This document shows, in pieces, positions 51,139-62,508 of a stretch of DNA of 64,000 nt. The notes below the pieces were generated by a model. The model saw only the letters and a program-made list of their open reading frames with translations. It had not been told where the DNA came from and did no database searches. The stretch spans positions 219 through 64,218 of the forward strand of contig MGJA01000007.1 of assembly GCA_001794025.1 (NCBI GenBank). Direction: 5' to 3'. A program made the translations under genes and the position numbers. This DNA comes from Candidatus Yanofskybacteria bacterium RIFCSPHIGHO2_01_FULL_41_21 (lineage in GTDB: Bacteria; Patescibacteriota; Minisyncoccia; 2-02-FULL-40-12; GWA2-44-9). Within the stretch, counting starts at the first letter, position 1. Each line of letters starts with the position of its first letter.

Positions 51139-51891
51139 ATGATACTTTTAATAATTCTGGCTGTTCTGGGTGGTCTTATTTATGGCAGTTTTTTAAATGT
51201 TCTTTTGTGGCGCTTACCCGAAGGAAAAGGGATTGGAGGACGTTCTCATTGTCGTGCCTGTCATCACCAATTGGCCTGGTATGACCTAATCCCAGTTTTA
51301 AGTTTCATAATACTTAGAGGGCGGTGTCGGTATTGTCATACAACAATCCATATCAGATATCCGATTGTGGAAATAAGTACTGCTATCGTCCTGGCTTTTT
51401 TCTTCGCTTTGCGTCAACCGCCACTAGGTCTTGAATCAGTAGTAACCGTTTTCGCTCTGCTTGTTTTAGTAAGTTTACTGTTTTTTGATTTATTTTATTT
51501 AATATTACCCGACATAATCCTTCTGCCGACTATTGTCATTTTCACAATTTACGACATCACCAAAACCCAAAACCCACTTTCATACTTCTTAACAGCATTA
51601 CTCTCGGCCAGTTTTTTTGCTATACTTTACGCAGTATCCAAGGGTAAAAATCTGGGTTTTGGCGACGTAAAATTAGCCCTTCTTATTGGTCTAATTCTCT
51701 GCTACCCATTAGGGTTCCTGGCGATTATTGGAGGAGTGTGGTCAGCCACAATTGTAGCGGTCATTCTCCTGATATTAGGAAGGGTTGGACTCAAAGACAA
51801 AATACCTCTAGGTTCGTTTTTGGCTATTTCCACTATTATTTCCGTCATTTTTTATCATGAAATACTCCCACTCACGACATTTTTCCGATAA
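51139..51891 (+). CDS. pilD: Prepilin peptidase
   Basis: GSFLNV, RSHCRAC, GRCRYC, GFGDVKL, IPLGSFL. Confidence 0.93.
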   Translation: MILLIILAVLGGLIYGSFLNVLLWRLPEGKGIGGRSHCRACHHQLAWYDLIPVLSFIILRGRCRYCHTTIHIRYPIVEISTAIVLAFFFALRQPPLGLESVVTVFALLVLVSLLFFDLFYLILPDIILLPTIVIFTIYDITKTQNPLSYFLTALLSASFFAILYAVSKGKNLGFGDVKLALLIGLILCYPLGFLAIIGGVWSATIVAVILLILGRVGLKDKIPLGSFLAISTIISVIFYHEILPLTTFFR

Positions 51892-52501
51892 GAGAGGGCC
51901 TGTCCCGCCGTTGAAGAGTCGTGCTACTAGTAGACACGCTAATTTAAATTTTTTAAAAAAATACGACTCTTCAACGGCGGGGTTCACTCTAGTTGAAATA
52001 CTGGTCGTCGCAGCAATTATTGGATTTTTAAGCACTTCTCTTATCCTCAATTTTTCTAGGAGTCGGATTAATATTGAGCAGAATGCTAATCTTGTTATGG
52101 CGACCATCCGTGAAGCCCAATCAAAAACCGTTTCCAGTACGATTTATAACGGTTATAATCCATGCGGTTACGGCGTTCATTATATTAGTCCAACTCAACT
52201 GGCTATCTATGTTGGACCAGACGCCGCCACCGCAGACCCAAGTTGTGCGACTATGGATAAACGTTATAACGCTAACCGAGATTCTATTTTAATAACCAGG
52301 ACTTTCATTGATTCCCGTGTTGAAATGAAAAACCCATTTTTAGACATCTTCTTTCTGCCACCGGACCCAAAAACATATTTGGATAATGATGCTTCATTAA
52401 ATGGCTCACCAATTAGTATCCAAATAGGTGTTGCCGGAGAGGCCTGTTCCCAAAATTGCCGAACCATATCCATAGACCCATCCGGAAAAATAGAATATTG
52501 A
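51857..52501 (+). CDS. Minor pilin with element-expanded leader
   Basis: AG|FTLVEILVV; leader contains element 51904-51981. Confidence 0.8.
   Translation: MKYSHSRHFSDKRGPVPPLKSRATSRHANLNFLKKYDSSTAGFTLVEILVVAAIIGFLSTSLILNFSRSRINIEQNANLVMATIREAQSKTVSSTIYNGYNPCGYGVHYISPTQLAIYVGPDAATADPSCATMDKRYNANRDSILITRTFIDSRVEMKNPFLDIFFLPPDPKTYLDNDASLNGSPISIQIGVAGEACSQNCRTISIDPSGKIEY
51904..51981. mobile_element. 78-bp in-frame MITE-like element before the prepilin cleavage site
   Basis: cccgccgttgaagagtcgt / acgactcttcaacggcggg. Confidence 0.8.
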
Positions 52502-52503
52502 TA

Positions 52504-52613
52504 ATCCCGTTAGAAGTTAACTCAAACATGAATAACATTTTAAATAATATGAAACCTCCTAAACTTGCCACCATTTTGAAGCGGTGGACGTTCGGTAGAA
52601 CTTCTAACGGGAT
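52504..52613. mobile_element. MITE-like element abutting a minor pilin ATG
   Basis: atcccgttagaagtt / aacttctaacgggat; internal ttgccacca..ggtggac shared with the 44966 copy. Confidence 0.8.
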
Positions 52614-53085
52614 GAAATTCCAAAAGGGTTTTACTCTAGTTGAAACCCTTGTTTCACTGGTAATCTTAACGGTTGTCCTTATCCCGATTCTTAACCTTTC
52701 CGATTCTATAACAAGAGTTAATGCTTCTCTCCAAGACAACTTGATTGCCGCTGGTTTAGCCCAAGAGGGGCTTGAAGTTGTTCGGGCTATTCGAGACACT
52801 AATTGGTTCAATAGTCGGGCTTTTGACTCTGGTTTAAACGACGGTACTTACCAAATTGAATGGAATTCAAATACACTACTTTCACTTAACGGCAACCCGG
52901 TACTTAAATTAGACAATGGAAGATATAATTATTCTACCGGCACATCCACAAAATTCAGTAGAGCTATAACAATCACAAAAATTAACACGGGCGAACTCAA
53001 AATTGTTAGCGCTGTAACGTGGACCAGTCGCGGAAGTATAAACAAAAGTATTGATGCCGAATTGCATCTCTTTAACTGGAAATGA
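52612..53085 (+). CDS. Minor pilin (PilV-like)
   Basis: MKFQKG|FTLVETLV; AQEGLEVVRAIRD. Confidence 0.85.
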   Translation: MKFQKGFTLVETLVSLVILTVVLIPILNLSDSITRVNASLQDNLIAAGLAQEGLEVVRAIRDTNWFNSRAFDSGLNDGTYQIEWNSNTLLSLNGNPVLKLDNGRYNYSTGTSTKFSRAITITKINTGELKIVSAVTWTSRGSINKSIDAELHLFNWK

Positions 53086-53708
53086 TTAATAATTTTCAAA
53101 ATAAATCAGCAAAAAACCAAAGTGGGTTTATCCCGCACATAAAGAACCGCTTTGGAATCAAGCCACGAAGTGGCTACGGTTCATTATGTGCGGGGTTTAC
53201 GATTATTGAGGTTTTGGTCTCGGCCTTTGTTTTTTCAATTATCGCAATCGTCGTTGGCGGTTTATTTGTGCAGATTCTCGCCTCCGAACGCCGAGCTTTT
53301 GCTTCTCAAAAAATTCAGGAAAACGGCCTCTTTATTATGGAACTGATGTCGCGAGAGATACGAGTTAGCCAAATAATGGACAGCGATCAAAATCCATCAG
53401 GGGATTCACCAAATTGTACACTAACCGAATTGACTATCCGACATCCGGTCAATGGTGTTATAAAATACAATCTTCTGAATGATGTTCTTCAGCGTATTAG
53501 TGTTGATGAAAGCGCCACAACTGATTTAAGTTCTTCAACTGTGTCTTTTTCCCGTTTGAATTTTTGCCTTTTAGGTTCTGACCCAGACGATAATCAGCAA
53601 GCTCGGGTCGCTATTCTTACATCAATTCAAAATAAAACCGGTAAAGAAATCGTAACCGCTAACCTAGAGACCGCCGTCTCTTCCCGTGATGTTCAAATTG
53701 AATTCTAA
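53082..53708 (+). CDS. Minor pilin (PilW-like) with element in leader
   Basis: AG|FTIIEVLV; MSREIR. Confidence 0.82.
   Translation: MINNFQNKSAKNQSGFIPHIKNRFGIKPRSGYGSLCAGFTIIEVLVSAFVFSIIAIVVGGLFVQILASERRAFASQKIQENGLFIMELMSREIRVSQIMDSDQNPSGDSPNCTLTELTIRHPVNGVIKYNLLNDVLQRISVDESATTDLSSSTVSFSRLNFCLLGSDPDDNQQARVAILTSIQNKTGKEIVTANLETAVSSRDVQIEF
53132..53194. mobile_element. 63-bp hairpin element inserted in the prepilin G-F-T codons
   Basis: cccgcacataa / ttatgtgcggg; flanks gtttat / gtttac. Confidence 0.75.
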
Positions 53709-54093
53709 TTTACCCCGGCCAGCAGGCGGGGACCAACAAGGATCCGTAATTATATTTACGCTTTTAATATTGGGGAGTATGCTGGCCATAACCCTAGCTC
53801 TGGCAACTATTTACTTGCCAAGAATTAGAGTAATAAGTGACGCCGGAGCCGGTTCAGCCGGTGCCATATATGCCGCTGATAGCGCTATTGAATGGTGTCT
53901 CTATACCTACCGGGAAAATCCACCATTACCGTCACCGGCCATGCCAGTTATGTCCAACGGCGCTACCTACACACTTATACCGCCAACAGGATGTGAGCCC
54001 TCGGCTACACCCGCACCCCTTAGTGTTCAAGCGGTTGGCACATATAACAGCGTCAGTCGTTCTCTACAGGTAAATGTTCAGATAACGCCGTAG
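53686..54093 (+). CDS. PilX-like minor pilin
   Basis: QQGSVIIFTLL; AIYAADSAIE. Confidence 0.75.
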   Translation: MMFKLNSNLPRPAGGDQQGSVIIFTLLILGSMLAITLALATIYLPRIRVISDAGAGSAGAIYAADSAIEWCLYTYRENPPLPSPAMPVMSNGATYTLIPPTGCEPSATPAPLSVQAVGTYNSVSRSLQVNVQITP

Positions 54094-54103
54094 AAGTAGA
54101 CGG

Positions 54104-56243
<2,140 letters not shown>

Positions 56244-56284
56244 CAGTGTTTGATTCCAAAGCTCTTATAATATATAATAAAATT

Positions 56285-56488
56285 ATGACGTATTTAACAG
56301 TTATTCACAAAAGCAAACATGGTTATGACGTACACGTTCCAGCCCTTCCCGGTTGTCATAGTCAAGGCAAGACAAAAAAAGAAGCATTAAGCAATATTCA
56401 AGACGCTATCCTTGCATATCTCTTCATGTCTCAAGATGAACTTAAGGGATCAGAAGTAAAAGAAGTCACGGTTGCCCTCCCTTCTTAA
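56285..56488 (+). CDS. HicB-family antitoxin
   Basis: VPALPGCHSQGKTKKEALSNIQDAI. Confidence 0.88.
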   Translation: MTYLTVIHKSKHGYDVHVPALPGCHSQGKTKKEALSNIQDAILAYLFMSQDELKGSEVKEVTVALPS

Positions 56489-56490
56489 GT

Positions 56491-56706
56491 ATGCTGTTCA
56501 CCGACTTATCTGAAAAGCGAGTTGTAACGGCCCTTCAAAAGGGCGGTTTTTGGATTGCAAAAACATTTGGAAAGAAACACGTCGGTATGACAAACGGTAC
56601 AAGAAAAATTATTATACCTCGGACTACAAGAGTTAACCCCTACACATTGAAGGGTATCATTCGAGATGCAGGTTTAACAGACGAAGAATTCAAAAAACTT
56701 TTATAA
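56491..56706 (+). CDS. HicA-family toxin
   Basis: LQKGGF..GKKH..IIIP..TLKGIIRDAGLTDEEF. Confidence 0.85.
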   Translation: MLFTDLSEKRVVTALQKGGFWIAKTFGKKHVGMTNGTRKIIIPRTTRVNPYTLKGIIRDAGLTDEEFKKLL

Positions 56707-57676
56707 GCTCCTGTAACTTATTGGCATTGCCATGACTTAATAAACCAAAGTACGACTGAAGGGTTGCTTTGTTATTTTTACGCTCTTTAATACGTTTAAA
56801 CATTCTTCGTTTGGTTGCGGCTCGTAAGACCCGATGATTGGGAAAATGCACCCAACCCAGAAAATCTTCACCGGAGGCAATAGTCCGGATTGAGACCTTA
56901 TTTGGATGAATACTCAGTCCCAATTCTTCAGACAAAAAATCTCCTATTTTCGGCAGAAGTTCTTGAAGCCAATATTTATCATGTGATACTACCACAAAAT
57001 CATCAGCGTATCTGATATAATATTTCGCTTTCATACTATGTTTCATAAACTGGTCAAACTTATTCATGTATATATTTACAAATAATTGGGAGGTGAGATT
57101 GCCGAGTGGCAAGCCGATAGTCGGCTTTATAGAATGGAAACTGCTAATAATCTGATTTATCAGCCATCGTACATCTTGGTCACTTATATAACTGTCAAGT
57201 ATTTGCATAAGCGCAACCTTGTTAACTGAAGCAAAAAACTTTCTGATATCACATTTCAAAACCCAAACGGTTTTGGTATTATTGTAGCTATCTTGATTTA
57301 CAAATAACTGAAAACGATTCAAGGGCTTATGGCTCCCTTTTCCAATCCGGCAAGAATATGAGTCATAAATAAATGTTCGGTCAAAAAATGGATATAAGAT
57401 ACGGTAAATGGCATGATGAAGTAGTCGGTCTCGAACGCTTGCCTTGTGGATACTTCGAGGTTTGGGGTCGGAAATTTTAAAGGCCTCATACCCGCCATGC
57501 CGATATGTTTTGGCCGCGAGATCGCGATGCAGTAAAATAATATTGCTCATCAAGTTTTGTTCAAATTCTTGAACATCTTTGCGTTTTCTTTTTCCGACCC
57601 GAAATTCCTTCCACGCCTCAAGGAGATTTTCAAGAGATATGATATTATCGTAACTATGAGTGAATTTAATTCTCAC
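56690..57676 (-). CDS. DGR reverse transcriptase
   Basis: GLPLGNLTSQ (DGR-type SQ), RYADDF, DFLGW; likely GTG start at 57676. Confidence 0.95.
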   Translation of the reverse strand: MRIKFTHSYDNIISLENLLEAWKEFRVGKRKRKDVQEFEQNLMSNIILLHRDLAAKTYRHGGYEAFKISDPKPRSIHKASVRDRLLHHAIYRILYPFFDRTFIYDSYSCRIGKGSHKPLNRFQLFVNQDSYNNTKTVWVLKCDIRKFFASVNKVALMQILDSYISDQDVRWLINQIISSFHSIKPTIGLPLGNLTSQLFVNIYMNKFDQFMKHSMKAKYYIRYADDFVVVSHDKYWLQELLPKIGDFLSEELGLSIHPNKVSIRTIASGEDFLGWVHFPNHRVLRAATKRRMFKRIKERKNNKATLQSYFGLLSHGNANKLQELIKVF

Positions 57677-58089
57677 AAAAATTATGACCCTGTAAGCCCC
57701 CCCCCCCACGGCTTCTGCCACTTTTACAGGAAGTGAAGATGGCTTACTTGCTCTGGTTTGAATATTACCAAACCATACCTAAAGCGCACAGGCACACCCT
57801 TGGCCAGCAAATAGATAATCTTTGGATTGAAATTATAAAAACACTCGCTGTCGCGAGTTTTTTACCGCGTCAAGAAAAACTGCCTTATGTCCGCTCAACA
57901 ATCCAAAAAGTTGATACATTGAAAATATTGCTGATGATCCTGTGGGAAGCGGGCTCTCTCCAAAACCAAAAATATATCGCACTCTCACTAAAGATTGAAA
58001 TCATCGGTAAAATGTTAGGTGGTTGGAACGGTCAGCTTATAAAACAAAACTCCTCCGAATCTGCCGCTCGGCAATCGAAGGAGAAATGA
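57656..58089 (+). CDS. avd: Avd-like four-helix-bundle accessory protein; upstream ATG out of frame at the C11 tract
   Basis: IPKAHRHTLGQQID..KVDTLKILL..IGKMLGGW; main frame 57733-58089. Confidence 0.85.
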
Positions 58090-58095
58090 AGAGAG

Positions 58096-58216
58096 TTGCG
58101 AGCACGGCGGACGGGTTGTTGACGTTCCAGTCATTGTCGAGCCAGTTGTAGTTCCAGTTCCACGCACCGTCGTTGAAGTAGAAGTACAGGACGTAACGGT
58201 TGCCGTTCGGACTGCG
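58096..58216 (-). ncRNA. DGR template repeat (TR), 121 bp
   Basis: AAC-rich copy of the VR; 22 differences, all at TR adenines. Confidence 0.96.
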
Positions 58217-58452
58217 TTGTGTGAAATGCCTTCTTTGTCCCTGCCCCCTTTGAAGGCCCACGCCGATCTTGGGTTCTATTGTCTTCGGCATCGTAATGCC
58301 CTAGCATCCCACACCAAGTATCTTCAATTTTTGAAGTTTCTGCATACACCGCGCTATCTCAAACACATGGTCGGAAATATTCTGGATGTATGGATACTGG
58401 CTTCGGTAGCGAGAAACCATGGTCGCCCGCATATTCACCTGGTGCCAGTTTT

Positions 58453-58461
58453 ATTATATCA
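58453..58461 (-). promoter_or_regulatory. Extended -10 promoter (TGnTATAAT) upstream of TR
   Basis: Minus strand tgatataat about 235 nt upstream of TR. Confidence 0.55.
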
Positions 58462-58482
58462 AGATTTTTTGGATAAAAATAT

Positions 58483-58521
58483 CCCTGATGGGCTACGCGT
58501 CAGACGCGTAGCCCATCAGGG
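58483..58521. other. Perfect 18-bp-stem hairpin downstream of VR (candidate DGR target-recognition cruciform)
   Basis: ccctgatgggctacgcgt-cag-acgcgtagcccatcaggg. Confidence 0.8.
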
Positions 58522-58565
58522 CAGAGATCAAAGATCCCGAGAGCCAGAACTTAGTGCCCCAGAAC

Positions 58566-59249
58566 CTAGGCCTGATTACTTGCGAGCACGGCGGACGGGC
58601 GGCCGACGCCCCAGTCATCGCCGAGCCAGCGGCAGCGCCAGCTCCACGCACCGTCGAAGAAGTAGAAGCACAGGACGCAACGGAAGCCGCGCGGACTGCG
58701 CAACACCGTGCCGTCGCAGTAGATGTACGTCGTGTTGCCGTTCGTCTTCTCCTTGAAGCGAGCCGGGAGCAACTCACGATTGTCCCACAGCGCTTTGAAA
58801 GCGCCAGCGTCCAAACGAATCTCGCCCGACACCTTGAGACGCTTCAGCTTTTCTTCTCCACCGACGGCGGTCTCGCCCGGCTTGAGTGTGCTCTTCAGCA
58901 CAATCGCGCTCAAGTCAATCTGGGCAAGGGCGAGCGAACGCAGATCCTGTTCTTCGTCACCCGAGAGACCATCGCCGTCTGCCGGACCCCGCCAGATTGT
59001 CCACCCCGCGCCGATAAATTCGGCGGGATTGAACGGCTTGGACCGGTCAATCGGGATGATTCTCGGCTCTCCGACGATGACCCGCGCGCCGTTACGCAGG
59101 AAGGTGGTGAACTGCTGACCCGCTCCCGCCATGTCACGCATGACTCGGTCTTGCAGTCCCGCGCCATCAAAATCGATGGTGGACCAGTCAGTGTTCGTGG
59201 CAAGAGCCGCCATGATTGCGTGGGATTGGTCGAGAGTGATTTTCCCCAT
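58566..59249 (-). CDS. DGR target (variable) protein with C-terminal VR
   Basis: VR encodes RSPRGFRCVLCFYFFDGAWSWRCRWLGDDWGVGRPSAVLA; GGAG SD before MGKITLD. Confidence 0.92.
   Translation of the reverse strand: MGKITLDQSHAIMAALATNTDWSTIDFDGAGLQDRVMRDMAGAGQQFTTFLRNGARVIVGEPRIIPIDRSKPFNPAEFIGAGWTIWRGPADGDGLSGDEEQDLRSLALAQIDLSAIVLKSTLKPGETAVGGEEKLKRLKVSGEIRLDAGAFKALWDNRELLPARFKEKTNGNTTYIYCDGTVLRSPRGFRCVLCFYFFDGAWSWRCRWLGDDWGVGRPSAVLASNQA
58580..58700 (-). repeat. DGR variable repeat (VR), 121 bp
   Basis: Ungapped alignment to 58096-58216. Confidence 0.96.
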
Positions 59250-59485
59250 TGCCGTCTCCATTCTGAGATGTCCGCTTACTATTGGTCCCACGTCATGCGA
59301 GATTTAAGTAAACGACCTACGGTTTTTTACCGCAGAATATAAATGCCATTTATATAGCCGCTATATTCTGCGGTAATCCTTAAAAACAGGTTAATAAAGT
59401 ACTATTTAATTACTTCTTAAGTATACGCCTAATTCTAACAAAAGTCAATGGTGGCAAAGAAGGTCAAATATGATATTTTTAGGAT

Positions 59486-59791
59486 ATGCTAAGCGATTCT
59501 GAACTAGACCATATTGCAAAATTGGCGCGAGTAACGGTGGCGCCGGAGAAGAGGGAACAGCTGAAGAAAGACCTGTCGGCGATTTTGGGTTACATTGAAA
59601 AACTAAATAAGGCCGACACAAGTTCAGTAGAACCGCTTTATCAAACCACGGGACTGGTAAATGCAACCCGTAGCGATGAACCGCGTGGAGAATTTCCAAT
59701 GACCGAAAAACTGGAAGAATTGCTTATCGGCCAAGCTCCAACTCGCAAAGAAAGGTTCGTTAAAGTGCGCTCAATCTTGAACAAGAAGTAG
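59486..59791 (+). CDS. gatC: Asp/Glu-tRNA amidotransferase subunit C
   Basis: [22 protein letters not shown]; upstream of gatA. Confidence 0.92.
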   Translation: MLSDSELDHIAKLARVTVAPEKREQLKKDLSAILGYIEKLNKADTSSVEPLYQTTGLVNATRSDEPRGEFPMTEKLEELLIGQAPTRKERFVKVRSILNKK

Positions 59792-59822
59792 GAATTATGA
59801 ATTAGGAATCAGGCCAGCAAAA

Positions 59823-61250
59823 ATGAATAAAAATTACACTATTAAGACAGCTCGGGAAGATTTAGATAAAGGTAAAATTTCTACCGAAGAGCTTTTTAAT
59901 TATTACCGAGACAAAATTAATGCGGAAAATAAAAATCTAAACGCGTATCTCTCAGTTTTTGATTTCCCTAATTCCAAATTCCTAATTCCTAATTCCTTGC
60001 TCTCCGGAATTCCGGTTGCCGTAAAGGACAACATGCTCATTGAGGGAACCCGTACAACTGCCGGTTCAAAGATTCTTGAAAATTATATCGCTTCGTATGA
60101 TGCAACGGTAATTAAAAAACTTCGTAATGCTGGGGTTACATTTCTCGGAAAAACAAACTTAGATGAATTTGCGATGGGCACATCTACCGAAAACTCCGCT
60201 TATGGTCCAACTAAAAATCCTTTGGATGTTTCTCGCATCCCTGGTGGGTCATCAGGTGGTTCCGCAGCGGCCGTCGCCGGAGATCTTTGTGTCTTCGCGC
60301 TTGGTTCCGATACAGGCGGTTCCGTTCGCCAACCCGCCGCTATGTGTGGCATTGTGGGATTAAAACCAACCTATGGGCGTGTATCACGTCATGGTTTGAT
60401 TGCTATGGCATCATCGTTTGATCAAATTGGTCCGCTGACTAAAACCGTTGAGGATTCAGCTATTGTTCTCAATGCACTCTGTGGTCATGATATTTTTGAT
60501 TCCACAACCGTAAATGACGAAGTGCCAGATTTCACGACCACACTCAATGATTCTATAAAAGGATTGACTGTCGGCGTTCCGAAAGAATTTTTTGCCATGC
60601 CTACCGGCAGGCAGGGCACCGGACTTTCTGCAGAGGTCTCTGAGCGGGTGCAAGCTGGAATTACAAAACTCAAAGATCTTGGTTGTAAAATTAAAGAAAT
60701 CTCTCTTCCTAATTTTGAATATGCGTTATCTGCCTACTATGTCGCTGTGCCCAGTGAGGTTTCGGCGAACTTAGCTCGTTTTGATGGTGTCCGTTACGGT
60801 CATTCCGCAAAAGACGGAGAAAATCTGATTGATACTTATTTTAAATCCCGAACTGAAGGCCTAGGTCCGGAACCAGTCCGTCGAATCATGCTTGGCGCTT
60901 ATGCATTGTCGTCAGGTTATTACGATGCCTATTATCTTAAAGCCCAAAAAGTTCGCGCCCTTATTAAAAAGGACTTTGATGATGCCTTTAAAGATGTTGA
61001 CATTATCGTCGGACCAGCTACACCCAACACCGCTTTCAAGATAGGGGAGAAGGTTTCCGACCCACTTGCGTTATACTTAGAGGACATCTATACCGTCCCT
61101 TTGAATCTAGCCGGACTACCAGGTATTTCAATCCCGTGTGGCCTTGGTTCAACCAGCAAGATGCCCGTTGGATTCCAGATCATCGCTAAATCGTTTGATG
61201 AGACCACTTTACTTCGTGTCGCTCACCAATTAGAACAAGCACTATTATAA
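59823..61250 (+). CDS. gatA: Asp/Glu-tRNA amidotransferase subunit A
   Basis: [41 protein letters not shown]. Confidence 0.97.
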   Translation: MNKNYTIKTAREDLDKGKISTEELFNYYRDKINAENKNLNAYLSVFDFPNSKFLIPNSLLSGIPVAVKDNMLIEGTRTTAGSKILENYIASYDATVIKKLRNAGVTFLGKTNLDEFAMGTSTENSAYGPTKNPLDVSRIPGGSSGGSAAAVAGDLCVFALGSDTGGSVRQPAAMCGIVGLKPTYGRVSRHGLIAMASSFDQIGPLTKTVEDSAIVLNALCGHDIFDSTTVNDEVPDFTTTLNDSIKGLTVGVPKEFFAMPTGRQGTGLSAEVSERVQAGITKLKDLGCKIKEISLPNFEYALSAYYVAVPSEVSANLARFDGVRYGHSAKDGENLIDTYFKSRTEGLGPEPVRRIMLGAYALSSGYYDAYYLKAQKVRALIKKDFDDAFKDVDIIVGPATPNTAFKIGEKVSDPLALYLEDIYTVPLNLAGLPGISIPCGLGSTSKMPVGFQIIAKSFDETTLLRVAHQLEQALL

Positions 61251-61252
61251 AA

Positions 61253-61834
61253 ATGATTGAAGAATTTTTTAATCAACTTCTAATCGCATTTCATCAATGG
61301 ACTTCATTCCAAGTCGGGAGTTTTAATATGGCTGATATGGTTATCAATTTGCAGAGTGCGTTTTTGGATTCTTCATTCGTGTTTGTTTTGAAAATTATTT
61401 CTGTCCTCATAACGATCGTCTTGGGCGCAGCAACCGTATTTTTGATAATTAAACGAAAAGAGTTTGACACCAAATTGGCAAGCCAGGAAGTGTTGGTGGC
61501 GGAAGCCGTTGGAGCAGGTCCACTCCAAGAACAATGGAATGATATTTTACGTCACATTGATTCCATCCGCGAAGGTGAATGGAAATTTGCCGTGATTGAA
61601 GCCGATACGATTGTAGATAATGTTTTAAGAAATTATTTTCCGGGCGACACAATGGGGGAACGTTTAATGAATATAGATAAAACCAAACTTCTTTCTATTG
61701 ACGATCTTTGGGAGGCCCATAAAATCCGCAACCACCTAGCCCATGACTCTAATTATTTTCTTCGTCATGCCGAAGCCCTTCGCGCCATCCGCCTTTTTGA
61801 ATCCACTCTAAAAGAACTCGGGGCGATAGAATAA
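61253..61834 (+). CDS. Conserved hypothetical membrane protein
   Basis: WKFAVIEAD..GDTMGERL..WEAHKIRN..AHD. Confidence 0.7.
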   Translation: MIEEFFNQLLIAFHQWTSFQVGSFNMADMVINLQSAFLDSSFVFVLKIISVLITIVLGAATVFLIIKRKEFDTKLASQEVLVAEAVGAGPLQEQWNDILRHIDSIREGEWKFAVIEADTIVDNVLRNYFPGDTMGERLMNIDKTKLLSIDDLWEAHKIRNHLAHDSNYFLRHAEALRAIRLFESTLKELGAIE

Positions 61835-61941
61835 AGACAAAACGCCAACTGTTGTACCGGGTGGGGCAACACGCTGGCGTTCTTCCGGAATGAATTCCGG
61901 GGAAGGTGTATACTCATGTAACACTCCTGTTGTGGGCGGAT

Positions 61942-62200
61942 CTACTCCGCTTCTGGAAAAGCATCAAGAAGATCATTTTCAATCTTCATGACCATTTCCG
62001 TTGATTCGGGATGAGCGAACCTAAAATCCTCAAGCTCTTTAAGCAAATCCGCTACATCCCCGAGCAATTTCTCGGAACGCGGATCTGGCTTGCCGTCTTT
62101 ATGGGTCACTTTGACCCTGACAAGCGAAACCTTCCGATCACGAAGCTCCCTTAACCCAGGCGGAGGCGAAACCTCCGAACCTTTAAAAATTACTCGCATA
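61942..62200 (-). CDS. Hypothetical protein
   Basis: AGGAGG SD before MRVIFKG; own promoter-like sequence upstream. Confidence 0.55.
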
Positions 62201-62288
62201 CAACTAACCTCCTGTATTTTCTTAATATTATAAAAGATGACTTTTGTCAATTATAAATAAAAACCGCCGAATGGCGGTTTTTATTTAT

Positions 62289-62362
62289 TGGTGGACCTAC
62301 CGGGAATCGAACCCGGCCCTCATCCATGCCATGGATGCGTAATACCGATTTACTATAGGCCC
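62289..62362 (-). tRNA. tRNA-Ala(GGC)
   Basis: catcc-atggcat-ggatg; G3:U70 pair; CCA. Confidence 0.9.
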
Positions 62363-62432
62363 AAAAAATATTATTTTCGTTTGAAAATTTACCATAAAAA
62401 TGGTATTGTGGCAAGAATTAAAACTATTAAAA

Positions 62433-62508
62433 GCCCTTGTAGTTCAATGGATAAGAACAGTCCCGTCCTAAGGGATAGATGTAGGTTCGATTCCTACTGA
62501 GGGCACCA
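62433..62508 (+). tRNA. tRNA-Arg(CCT)
   Basis: gtccc-gtcctaa-gggat; GGTTCGATTCC; CCA. Confidence 0.9.

Larger units (their letters stand above)
56690..59376 (-). mobile_element. Diversity-generating retroelement (target gene/VR, hairpin, TR, avd, RT)
   Basis: All canonical DGR parts present; TR/VR mismatches only at adenines. Confidence 0.96.

Noticed and set aside
56690-57721. RT as a group II intron, retron or CRISPR-associated RT
   Set aside because: Short, no maturase or endonuclease domain, has the SQ motif, and is accompanied by TR/VR and Avd.
58037-58291. 84-aa ORF across the TR as a real gene
   Set aside because: The open frame is inherited from TR/VR homology (AAC codons) and overlaps avd antisense.
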